64,000 nucleotides of DNA from Lepidodermella squamata. Lineage: Eukaryota; Animalia; Gastrotricha. The stretch covers positions 3,162,001 to 3,226,000 of the forward strand of contig JBLDXI010000013.1 of the NCBI GenBank assembly GCA_047495785.1. Reading direction: 5' to 3'. The translations under genes were made by a program, and so were the position numbers. This document shows, in pieces, positions 1 to 10,896 of the stretch (the stretch's first letter is position 1; each line of letters begins with the position of its first letter). A model generated the notes under the pieces. That model saw only the letters and a list, made by a program, of their open reading frames with translations. It was not told the DNA's origin and ran no database searches.

Positions 1-1
1 C

Positions 2-2196
2 GCTTACTCAGGCTATCAATCGCCTATTGTCGTAGGCCCACTTTATTCAACTGGCTGCAAAGCCATCGGGCCACTTCTCCCATTCATGAACTCAGTGGCT
101 TTGTCCACGTACTGCTCAGCACCTTATCTGACCGAGCGCCGACACCCTAACTTGTATCTGTCTGTCGCCACATTCAAAAGCACGGCAATCGCCATACTAA
201 AATTTATGCGTGAAGTTGGTGGCTGGAACAAATTCGCTATTTTATCTCAGATTTCTGGAGCTCTCGACTTTTCAATGGCTAACTACATCAACGACAAAGC
301 TATAGCCAATAATTTTACCATACCCTGGTTTAATGCTTACCTCGAGGTAGACTTGCAGACTGTCCTGGAGTTGAAGGCATCTGGACTCAGGGTTATTCTC
401 TTAACTCTAAATTCCCCTGCTGTTATTGCTAATTTTTTGTGCATCGCGTTCAAGGTTGGCATGACGAAACCTCGTTATGCTTTCTTTATGATCAATACAC
501 AATACACCTTCCTAATTCCGACAGGATGCACGAGGGAAATTATGGATGTTCAATGGCAACAGGTTTTCTTTTACGGGACAATGCTTCGACCGCTGAATTA
601 TTCGACTGTATGCGATCTCGGATATTCTGCTGCTGAATTTCGTGACAATATGATGCGAATGCTGAACACCACCTCGGAGGATGACTTTGTATCAGCCTAC
701 ACACTTCACGACATTTCCCTACGAACTGCTATGATTCTTCACGAGTCTGAAAAGAGACTCAGAAAACTGTTCAACTTAACCTTGAAGGACTACCATCAAT
801 ATCCAGATTTAGTATCTAAAGTTGTTAATCAGTCCATGCTAGAGACGAAAGTTCGAGGCTTGAAAATCGGAGAGATGTCATTCAGCTCGAAAGGACTGGG
901 TCAAGGAGATGTAGATGCCATTGTTCAATTGATACCCGGAAAAGGGATGCGAAATGTGGCCTTAGTTCGATCTTTGCCAATCAGCGAGTTGGACGACTTC
1001 GACTACGGCAAATTCAAGCTATATCTTGCAGAGAAAGTTGTCTGGCCGGGGGAGGTACGTCCTCGTGATAGTGCATTGTTGATAAAAGAAACGTATAGCC
1101 TCGGAGCGAGCACTATCGCTGTTAGCTCTTTCCTCATCATCATAGTCTCTTTGTTTCAAGCTATTTCGCTAATTTTCATCAAAACCGGCATTCTTCATCG
1201 AGTTGAATTTAGATTTTCCAAGATATCCGCTACTCTGGGCTGTCTTTTCCTCAATTGCGGTGCGATTTGCTCTTTGATCCGAAGAGATCTAACCTCTAGT
1301 GACACGGTTTTAGCAACTGTGGCTTTCATCAGCTTAGGTGGGTGTATCATTTTTAGCCACATTGCTTTCCGCTGGCTCGTCATCAAGAGTTTTATCAACA
1401 AAGCAGTAATGAATTATGATGCTGCTAAGAAGATGAAATCAAGAAGCCTTGGCAAACGGCTCGCCCTCGTCATTACATTTACGCGTGCCATTTCACCCTT
1501 TGCATCTTCATCGGCACTTATGAACAGAGTTGTTATCACATTTCCAGAAGTATCTTGGACAAACTTCGATCGCCAGGTTGTGAAGTGTGCGTGTATCTTC
1601 TGTTCCGGAGTTGCATCGCTAACGATTGCTTGGCTCGCTTCCCAAGAAGTTGAATGTCGGGAAAAGTTACTTTCGCAACCTGCCTACCTGGAGATGTCTG
1701 ACACCATAGTCGAAACATGGGCCGTAATTTGTTCTTTTAAAGACTCAGGTAGTATTAGGGCGTCATGGGGTATTCTGGGGACAATTATCGTGGCTGCAGC
1801 ACTACTCCTTCTCGCTAGTTTGTCCTCTGCGTACAATTTGAAACAAATAATTATTTATTTATTTATTTTATACGACTTGCAATTGATCGAACGATCTGTA
1901 GCAATTAAAGGCGTCTCACTGTAGATTAAAGGCGCGGAGTTTCTACGCATTGTCGCGAGTTTGTCTCTGGGTGGTTAGGCATTCTTGCTGCAGCTACACT
2001 GCTACCGGCTGCGGTTTTAGTCGTTGCCGCTACTGATAGTGACCCGATATCACAACAAGCTGCAACTGCCTTGGCTTGTGTTGTCATATCTGGAGTAATG
2101 TCTGTAACATGGCTCTATCCATGCTATTTCAAGAAGCGCCAAACAACATCCCTTAACAACATTGCTTCTTCGAGTAACAAACTCCCCCATTTGTAA
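2..2196 (+). CDS. GABA-B-like class C GPCR (Venus flytrap + 7TM), 5' end outside window; frame interrupted at ~1846-1930
   Basis: Frame open from base 2 (QSPIVVGPLYSTGC, as in paralogs), ORF to 1924 covers TM1-5; TM6-7 (LGILAAATLL...VMSVTWLYP) continue in another frame 1930-2196 after an AT-rich insert. Confidence 0.8.
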
Positions 2197-2264
2197 AACA
2201 AGAGAATTCCGCATAATTTACACAATTTTATGACCAAATACATGTTTTTTTCTCACGAATAAAA

Positions 2265-3052
2265 TCAAACGAGCATGGATGAGGCAATGGCGATCACACT
2301 GAAGGCACATGTGATCATTACTGTCATTAGGCCGTAGACAAGTACAATAGCACCGTAGACAACTGAAACTGCAGAAAAATATCCATAAGAACGGTTCAAA
2401 AGAAACTTGCTCTTACCTATAATCGCGACAATATTGGCACAACCATGCTTATTGCAACCACAGTCTGTCGTTGGTTCCTTCAAGGGCCCTGTGGCCAAGC
2501 AAATGACGAAAAACGCAAAGAGGATACATGCTGCTATGAAATGAACCGCGTAATTAAGTTCGCTCTGTGTGCATCCTATCGTTAAAGGATTTTGGTTTTC
2601 AATTATGATAATTTGGTGTGAAACTTACGTAAGATGACTCTCATGACGAGTTGGCTTGTCACAAAAGCGATCGACAGGCCGAATGACAGTTCGAACATGC
2701 GGTCATCTCCTCTCACATCACCCAGCGCAGTCAGAATGATGCCGATGACACTTGTAATAAGTAAAACAATGCATACAACCATTACTACTATATCACGAAG
2801 ATACGACACCCCGCCGTCTCCCTTGTGGCCGTGTTGACTGCCAAAAAGCCAACTTTTTTTTAATTCTGCAGGGGCGATAGACCTGGCGGAAATCGGCCAT
2901 CGAGTGTGCTCAACGTGGCTACGTTGAAGCTGATCGTTCTGGACCAATGACGAATGGGAGTGGGTATCAATAAAGCCGTATTGCTGCCTCTGATGAAAAA
3001 GCGAAGAGATTCTGGCATTAACCGGTTGAATAAAAGAAGTTGAAGTTTCCAT
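2265..3052 (-). CDS. Four-TM membrane protein (MARVEL/MS4A-like topology), 3 exons
   Basis: Exons 3052-2629, 2575-2417, 2368-2265; GTAAGT/GTAAGA donors and AG acceptors keep frame; four hydrophobic segments with a Cys-rich loop (CGCNKHGC). Confidence 0.65.
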
Positions 3053-3446
3053 GGTATCGTTTGTTTATAACAAGCACTGAGAAAACCTCTGCGATTTTCT
3101 TGTGTATACCAAATCGATGAATGGCTTTCCCAGCGGTGCATAGGATGTTTGCCTCGAACAAACAGTGAAGACTTCAAATCCCCATTATTCAAACGAGATG
3201 TCTAATTTTAACAGTCATCACAGCATTTGACATTATACCGAGAGACGCGTTTGGTCTATTTTTCTGACCATTAAGAATGGGACCTTCACCGACATCCTCC
3301 TTTTTTTAAATTCTCTCCATGACTTGATCTGGTCAACGCTTACTTCATATTGTCTTGTCTGAACTCGAAGAGATTTTCTGTTGCAAAGAGGATGTCGAGC
3401 GTCGAGCGTGACAAACGTGAACGAACATCCATTAGACATCAGACCA

Positions 3447-3475
3447 AACCGGAAGTCCTGATCAAGGCTTGATCA
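3447..3475. promoter_or_regulatory. ETS-type CCGGAAGT site plus TGATCAAGGCTTGATCA palindrome between divergent genes
   Basis: Motifs lie in the 536-bp spacer between the 4-TM gene (-) and GPCR 2 (+). Confidence 0.3.
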
Positions 3476-3588
3476 CGACTGAAAATTAACACGAAAATAG
3501 CGAGGAGAAAAGCAGACGGCGGAAACCATGGACGCTCAGTTTTTGAGATATTTCGTTCTTTTAATAATTCAGTCAGCTAGTTGAATAT

Positions 3589-6048
3589 ATGAAAATGATT
3601 GCTCAAAACTTTTTGATTTTGCAGCTCGCGGTGACTATAAGCTACGCCCATACTGCCAAACCCTACAAAATGGAGATGCTATTCCTTCTAACAATCACCG
3701 GAGACGAGCCAAAAAATGGAACCGCCTGCCGAGTTGGTGCCCAAATCGCGTTCGATGAAGTCAATGCTCGACAGGACATTCTACCCGACTATCAAATGGA
3801 ACCTCTTTTCATCGACGAAAAGGTCCTTTCATCAGCCGCAGCTCCGTTGGCTGTTCAATTCCGGCGACGACTCGACGAAAACAGAGACAAAGAAGCAGTG
3901 ACCAAGGTCTATCAATCTCCAGTAATGTATGGTCCCTATTTCACGATTGGATGCGCTGCCCTTGCTAGATCTGCCCATTACATCGATATGATCCACATTT
4001 CACTCGGGTGTATCTCGCCGATTTTCACCGCCAATCGACGCTTGTATCCCAATCTATATCGTATAAAGATTACTGGCGAGATGGTAGCTTATCCCGAACT
4101 TCATTTCTTCCGCCGAGTGGCGAAATGGAACCGCTTTGGAATTCTGACGTTCAGCACAAATTTCCTAGACTACCAACTCGCAATTTTCCTCTCTCGAGCC
4201 GCACCATTAGAAAAGTTCGAAGTCTCATTCTTTGACATTGTACCCGATATCGATGATAATGTGATTCAACGTCTGAAGGCCTCTGACTCAAGAGTTGTTG
4301 TTCTCTCAACCGCTACTACGATTCTAGCACTGAAATTTCTGTGTTTCATGCATAAATTCGGCATGACGGGTTCGAGGTATGGATTCGTTCTCCACACTGC
4401 GACATGGGCTGAGCCAACAAGTATCCCTCCTACTTTACCTGGTCTGCCATACTGTACGAAAGCAGTAGTCCTTGAGCAATACAAGTACACATTTTGGATT
4501 GGATTCGCTATGACAGCAACTGGAAATCCTCGAAACGTAACTTCAAGCCTTGGCCCATCTATGGCTGAATTCGAATCCAAGTTCACCAACATGACCCAGG
4601 GTGTTGCTGTGGCCGATAACGATAAACGAATGAACTGCTACGACTCGGCTGTTCACACTTTCATGGCGCTGGATGATGCTGAAAAGAAGTTGGCCAAAGT
4701 AAACAAAACGCTGCGTGACTACAGTAGCCATCCTCAATTGATAATGAATACTGTGAATGACTCCATGGCGAATATCGATTACTATGGTTTCCGAGTCGGT
4801 AGATTCCGCTACTCAAGCAGAGGAGAGTTCGACTCAGATACACAAATCGTGTTTCAATGGACACCAGTCAACCAGCTTCAGGTGCTATATGAATTCGTGG
4901 CGATCAATGAGTCAAACCTGGCGAATTATTCCAACTATCGAATGAAGACTGTTGGCGCACCTGTTTGGTTCTCTGAAGATGGAACCCCACCGAGAGACAG
5001 GGCAATATACAACCTGTTCCTTACTACTGTCCCCGAAGAATTCTTCTGGGTAATTTTTTCATTCGGCTTGATGTTGTCTTTTGTTCAACTCACGGTTCTG
5101 CTGAAAATGCTTGGCCGCCATTTGAGTTTGAACGAAAGGGAAACAAAGCTACCCTACGGTTTCTTGGCATCATCAACCGGATGCATTTTTTTGAACATCA
5201 GCTCAATTTTGTTCGCAGTCAAAGTGACATCGGAAGTTGCTACCTCTTCCGGCCTCTGCGTAAGCCAACGTGTCATGTGTTGCCTAGGCTTAGGTCTTGT
5301 GCATGGGTACTTGGTTTCACGGGTGTTTGCTTTCGTCCGCTACTTGGCGGGGCGGGATCATTCGAGTGTTTACGGTGTTGGGACTAGAAGGAAATCGTCC
5401 AATCTAGGTCCGGGGCCTTCTGTAACGTCTGCAAATAGGCAATCTGTTCAAGTAACACATAAATCATTCAGTTCCGTTACTCACCACTCAGCAAATCAAA
5501 AAGCTGGTAACAACTCTGTTGCTAGCAAAGAGAGCATTCAGTTAAAACCGAATAATGCCAAAGCCCAGGAGAGACCTGTCATATACGGAGTAACTGGAGT
5601 TTTACTCCTGACTATCCTCTACTTGATCATCTGGATGTCGGCAGATACGCCGAAATTCAAATTGCAACAAAGCCCTCCGGTTTATTTCTTTGAAACTGAC
5701 ACAATCTTTGTCGATCAAGTCTTTGCTTGCGAATCGGATAGCGGAAATGACGTTGGGTGGCTCGCTACTATTGTGGCTCTACATGGCGTTCTGCTAGCGA
5801 TCGGAGGGTTGATGTCCTTCAAATTACGACGAATCCACGGAATGATTGCTCTTTTCCCCGATTTCACTATTGTTCGGATGTTGATTGGCCTATTGGCGAC
5901 GTTATTTTTCGCTGGTATTCTCGTCATTATTGTACTACGATCACCTGCTTCTCAAATGGTGGCTATGTCTTGCATTTGCTTGCTGGTTTCACTGTCAGCG
6001 ACTATTGCGGTCTATCTGCCGGTTTTCAGGGTCCTATTGCGCCGCTAA
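3589..6048 (+). CDS. GABA-B-like class C GPCR, intronless, 819 aa
   Basis: Signal peptide; AFDEVNARQDILPDY and YPNLYR flytrap motifs; PPRDR linker; seven hydrophobic helices; no cysteine-rich domain. Confidence 0.9.
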   Translation: MKMIAQNFLILQLAVTISYAHTAKPYKMEMLFLLTITGDEPKNGTACRVGAQIAFDEVNARQDILPDYQMEPLFIDEKVLSSAAAPLAVQFRRRLDENRDKEAVTKVYQSPVMYGPYFTIGCAALARSAHYIDMIHISLGCISPIFTANRRLYPNLYRIKITGEMVAYPELHFFRRVAKWNRFGILTFSTNFLDYQLAIFLSRAAPLEKFEVSFFDIVPDIDDNVIQRLKASDSRVVVLSTATTILALKFLCFMHKFGMTGSRYGFVLHTATWAEPTSIPPTLPGLPYCTKAVVLEQYKYTFWIGFAMTATGNPRNVTSSLGPSMAEFESKFTNMTQGVAVADNDKRMNCYDSAVHTFMALDDAEKKLAKVNKTLRDYSSHPQLIMNTVNDSMANIDYYGFRVGRFRYSSRGEFDSDTQIVFQWTPVNQLQVLYEFVAINESNLANYSNYRMKTVGAPVWFSEDGTPPRDRAIYNLFLTTVPEEFFWVIFSFGLMLSFVQLTVLLKMLGRHLSLNERETKLPYGFLASSTGCIFLNISSILFAVKVTSEVATSSGLCVSQRVMCCLGLGLVHGYLVSRVFAFVRYLAGRDHSSVYGVGTRRKSSNLGPGPSVTSANRQSVQVTHKSFSSVTHHSANQKAGNNSVASKESIQLKPNNAKAQERPVIYGVTGVLLLTILYLIIWMSADTPKFKLQQSPPVYFFETDTIFVDQVFACESDSGNDVGWLATIVALHGVLLAIGGLMSFKLRRIHGMIALFPDFTIVRMLIGLLATLFFAGILVIIVLRSPASQMVAMSCICLLVSLSATIAVYLPVFRVLLRR

Positions 6049-6486
6049 TCTCAGGTCAGAATCAGACGTGACAAACGAGCGTGATGAGTGGGTTTTTGCT
6101 TTGTCTGAGGCCTACGCAAGTTAAATTATTACGGAAATAAACATGTGTTTAAATTTAGATGGCTTAAAAGCAGGAAATTCATCAAACTATTTCTCGACAG
6201 AAAAACATACTGTCAACATGGGCGTGCTCCTATAATTTTCCAGAATGAAAATAGCTGTCGAATCAAGAAGGAACAAGTGTGACTAAAGGTTAATATTGTC
6301 CGGTTTGATAAGCTATCTACGATACCAGATCGTTTGGGTCGATGAAAAAGTATGTGAGCTAAAAATAGAGCCGGTATCATTGCCAACCCCGCTATCAAGC
6401 ACAAAACCACAGCTCTAAACTATACATACGTGCACATCTCATTATTAGAGAAATTCTAAAGCTGAATTAACGTATATTTAAAAAAA

Positions 6487-8079
6487 ATGTTGCTGTATGT
6501 TGGAGCAGCTTTAGGAGCTGTTTTATTTCTCGCATCCTATCGCTTTATCCTCGATAAATTGCGTTACAGATTACCGCCCGGTCCAACGCCACTTCCTCTA
6601 TTGGGAAACGTGCATTTGTTTCCGGATGCTCAAAACAAGAAGGGCCCGAAAATTTGGCGATGGATGTGGCAGCAAGCCGAGAAATACGGCCCTATCTACA
6701 CAATGTATCTGGGGCAGTATAGGGCAGTAGTTTTGACAGATCTAAAACTGATCCAAGAAACTCTTGTCGGGCAAGGCGAAACGTTTCAAGGAAGAAATTT
6801 TGAATTCACGGCCGGAATGACTGGATCAAGAGAGGGCATTCTATTCGCGAGCAGTAAGAAGTGGCGTAAGCATCGCAGATTTGGTCTAAAGGCAATGAGA
6901 GATTTTGGCATGGGCAAGGACGTCATGGGGCCGAAGATACTCGAAGAAGCCGAGAATCTGCTTGCTGAACTCGAGTCCAGAGTTGGGGAGCCATTTGATC
7001 CTCGCATATTAATTGCAAATTCGGTTTCAAATGTGATTTGCTCATTGGTATTTGGTAAACGGTAAGGGTGTTGGGCCTTCTGAAACCCCGTTGAATGAAC
7101 GTCTAATTTTCAGATTCGATTACGGTGATAAGAAGTTCATCCATTTGTTGAACTTGGTGAGGCCTTTGGTTTCCGAGTTTCTTGGGGATCGAGACAAATT
7201 CATGCTACTTCCTTTTCTTGATTATATTTACTTACCCAAAGAGGTTTTTTTACTTGTTCATGAGTTCAATAATATACTTATTATAGTAACTTTGATTTCC
7301 AGACCCGATTGCATTTGGAACTAAGAGGAGAAATCGAAAGAATGATGCGAGTGGCTATTACTGAGAATCAAAAGAACTTCGATCCTTCCAGCATCAGAGA
7401 TTTCCCCGATCTTTTCATTGACATGGAGAAACGCCTCCCTGCAGAAGAGCTAATCGCGATGACAGACTTCAGCTTCATCATGGCTGACTTCTTCCTGGCT
7501 GGGACTGAGACTACATCAACAGCTCTCAACTGGACGCTTCTATACTTGGCAACGCATCAAGACGTGCAGCGGGCGTGTCACAATGAAATCGACGCAGTTA
7601 TCGACACAGACCGGCTCCCTACCTTGAAAGACCGCAGCCAGCTTGTTTACGTTAACGCTGTCATGTGCGAGTTGTTGCGTCACATGCCTGTCACGCCTCT
7701 TGGGGTTTTCCACGCAAATTTAGATTGTCATGCGAAAATTGCTGGTTACGATATTCCGCCTTACACAACGGTAGCTTACGTTATCGGCGCAATGCATAAC
7801 GATCCGACGTATTGGGGAGATCCGGATAATTTCAGGCCAGAACGATGGATTGATCAAGATGGGAAGTTGCTGAATCACTCGCCTTACTTCATGCCCTTTG
7901 GCATCGGACCTCGCATTTGCCTTGGCGAGTTATTAGCGAAAGCAGAGTTTTTTGTCTTCCTAACCTGTATATTACGGAAGTTCAAACTTGACTTAAAATC
8001 ACCGGTGAATCTAAATGAGTATACATCAGGTGCAGTCAGCATGGCACCTGCATTTCAATTGATTTTGTCCAAACGCTGA
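6487..8079 (+). CDS. Cytochrome P450, CYP2 clan, 3 exons
   Basis: PPGPTPLPLLGN, WRKHRRF, AGTETTS, ELLR, FRPERW, FGIGPRICLG; introns ~7062-7113 and ~7243-7302. Confidence 0.95.
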
Positions 8080-8285
8080 CAATAAAATTAGCGACCTCAT
8101 AAAGTCTGCTGCCAACGTGCTTACTGCAGACAACGTGCGCCATCGGATATCCGCTAGAAGTGTCTATTAAAACAACATGACTTCATCCCGATTGAAACGT
8201 GCTTTCCTCTGTCGCGAAAATCCTCTCCATTAGAAAATTGTGTCAGTATAAAAAAACCGCCAGCTTGACCCTCATTTTGCGCAAA

Positions 8286-10655
8286 ATGCTTTCAGCACGA
8301 TTTGTAATCGTCCTCTCACTGATAGTTTGCAGCTCAGGTGGAAGCAAGCCCAGCTTCTTGTCATTTTTGTACCTAATACCAAAAACTGGCGATGAGCCTC
8401 GTACGGGCGAAGCTTGCCGCCTAGCTGCCACAATCGCATTCAACGAGATCAACAACCGTCGAGACATTTTGCCTGACTATCACATTGAGCCTGAGTTTGG
8501 CGACGAAGGCTCTGGATCTTTCCTCGCCACCAAAGTTGGTGTTCAGTTCAGAAGAAATATTTCCGCCACAAATCTTCAGTCTCCAGTTTTTGTGGGCCCA
8601 TACTTCACGTCAGGTTGTGCCGGAATGGCGAGAGCGGTAAAATACATTGATATGGTCCAGATTGTCATGGGCTGTTCCGCGCCTGCTTTGACTGCCTACC
8701 GAAAAATCTATCCGAACAGCTTTCGACTCCGAGGCTCGGGAGAATTAGTCGCGTACGGTTGGCTGCTTTTGATCTCCAAAGTTGGGAAATGGCAACGATT
8801 CGGCATACTCTCAAACAGCGGCAATGCTTTTGACTATACCATTGCAATTTTCCTTAACAAAATCGCACCTCAGGAGGGATTTGAAGTAACGTATTTCGAC
8901 ATCATGCCTGATGTTACTGAGGACGCTGTTTCTAATATAAAAGCTTCAGATTCAAGGGTAATCGTTGTCTCTTCAGCGAACGCAGCGTTTGCGATGAAGT
9001 TTCTCTGCATCGCGTATTTCTTAGGTCTAACTTCTGGCCGTTACGTGTTTGTGATTCACAATACAGCTTACATTGAGGCAAGCATCATGCCGAACTGGGT
9101 GGCAATGCCCTCTTGCACCAAGGCTATTCTTCTGGAACAGTTCAAGTACACCATTTGGATGGCTCAAAAGAACTTCGCGACAACTGACGATGCGTATTAC
9201 AACTTAAAGAACACCTTAGGCTATACATCAGCTGAATTTGATACAAGATTTTTGAACCTAACCAAGGGAGTCAAGCCGGCAGACTACGACAAAAGAATGT
9301 TTTGTCATGACGGAGCCTTGCAAGCCGCGCTGGCTTTGGACAAAGCTGAGCGAATTCTGTTGGCAAAGAACATGTCCTTGAAGGATTACGTTGAAAGGCC
9401 CACTGACGTAATGCAAGTTGTGAACAGGACGATGTATGAAATATCCTACGTTGGCTTGAGAAACGGGAATTTCAAATATTCTCAACGTGCTGAGCTGGAT
9501 ATTGAGTCCAACGTCGCCTTCCAGTGGGTGCCTGGAAAAGGAGATCGTTTGCTCTATGAAGTGGTAATGATCGACGGTGGTCCTTTGTATAACATGTCCA
9601 CCTACCAACCAATTGTTCTCCAAAAGCCAATATGGTTTACCCGTGACGGCGAAGCACCAAAAGACCGTTCGACCATCGTTCACACTTACAAAAGTGTCCC
9701 ATATCAATACTTTTGGTTTGTAGTAGTCGCATCAGTTTTACTATCGACAATCCAATGTGTTGGACTGAGCCTGGCTGTTCACCATCATTTTCGGAAATAC
9801 GAAGTTTCGCAACACCAATGCGTGGACAAATGTATTTTCTTTTGTGGTTGTCTGTTGCTTAATTCTTCAGCGATTTTGTTCGCACGAAATTTGGATGATT
9901 CGATGCTGCCATCCATCTGCGTTGCCCAGAGAGCTGTTTACGCATTGGGTATTGGTATTATTATCGCTTATGTATGCTCAAAAATGGTGTGTATCAAAAA
10001 ATATCGGGCTAGTGTGAATAGGAGCAGTGGGCGGGTGTCGCATTCATCAAGGAAAACACGGAGAAGTAGATCAAGCGCTGCTGCGCATTATCAACCCGAA
10101 GTTCAGTTTAGTTCCCATGGCATTGGCGAGCAAGGCTCAGTGTCATCAAACTATTCTGCTAACACATTCGTTTTAATTTATTCGGCCGTGATGGCTGCTG
10201 TAGCTATATTTCTCGCCATCTGGTTTGGAATCAAAGACTTCTTCATTTCAGTAGACGATGTAATACCCGAGCCACGCTACGTTGAATCTGAGGATGTCTA
10301 CTACTATCCTCATGTCATTGCTTGCCATTCTAGCAACGAGGAGGCGTGGCTTATGGCACTGTCTGCATTTTACGTCGCCCTCTTAGGCGTAGGCTCATTC
10401 GCCGCTTACGAAGTGCGTTCTCGAATGGACACTATCAAAAGGGTATACCCGGATGTTACCGCAATGCGATTCGTCAATGCGGTCCTCTTGACTCTATTCC
10501 TGGGAGCTATCCTTTTGCTAGCCGTTCTGCAGTCTAATGTCGACAGAATGTTTGCAATGTCTGTAATATCGATTATTCAATCTGCGATCGCCGGAACAGC
10601 TGTGTTCATCCGAAATTTAAGAAGAATTTTACACAGCGAGCCAAACATGAATTAA
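8286..10655 (+). CDS. GABA-B-like class C GPCR, intronless
   Basis: Signal peptide MLSARFVIVLSL; AFNEINNRRDILPDY; APKDR; 7TM; paralog of 3589 and 10897 genes. Confidence 0.9.
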   Translation: MLSARFVIVLSLIVCSSGGSKPSFLSFLYLIPKTGDEPRTGEACRLAATIAFNEINNRRDILPDYHIEPEFGDEGSGSFLATKVGVQFRRNISATNLQSPVFVGPYFTSGCAGMARAVKYIDMVQIVMGCSAPALTAYRKIYPNSFRLRGSGELVAYGWLLLISKVGKWQRFGILSNSGNAFDYTIAIFLNKIAPQEGFEVTYFDIMPDVTEDAVSNIKASDSRVIVVSSANAAFAMKFLCIAYFLGLTSGRYVFVIHNTAYIEASIMPNWVAMPSCTKAILLEQFKYTIWMAQKNFATTDDAYYNLKNTLGYTSAEFDTRFLNLTKGVKPADYDKRMFCHDGALQAALALDKAERILLAKNMSLKDYVERPTDVMQVVNRTMYEISYVGLRNGNFKYSQRAELDIESNVAFQWVPGKGDRLLYEVVMIDGGPLYNMSTYQPIVLQKPIWFTRDGEAPKDRSTIVHTYKSVPYQYFWFVVVASVLLSTIQCVGLSLAVHHHFRKYEVSQHQCVDKCIFFCGCLLLNSSAILFARNLDDSMLPSICVAQRAVYALGIGIIIAYVCSKMVCIKKYRASVNRSSGRVSHSSRKTRRSRSSAAAHYQPEVQFSSHGIGEQGSVSSNYSANTFVLIYSAVMAAVAIFLAIWFGIKDFFISVDDVIPEPRYVESEDVYYYPHVIACHSSNEEAWLMALSAFYVALLGVGSFAAYEVRSRMDTIKRVYPDVTAMRFVNAVLLTLFLGAILLLAVLQSNVDRMFAMSVISIIQSAIAGTAVFIRNLRRILHSEPNMN

Positions 10656-10896
10656 TTTGATGAAGACCCTTTTATTGTAACTTCATATGACTGTTTTCTC
10701 AGACATTCGCGCTATATTTATCGCCTGTATGCCTGTCATAATCAATATTTTTGTCTACTTTTTGGAATAAACCGTCGTTCCTCATCCCTCGAGCTTCCGG
10801 CTTTTACACCCTAGAAATTACGGATTTTCCCTCTTGCCCATCCCTACACCCCTGTTTCGCCCATCAGCAGCGAACTGTCAGTTCTTTTAGAAAGGA

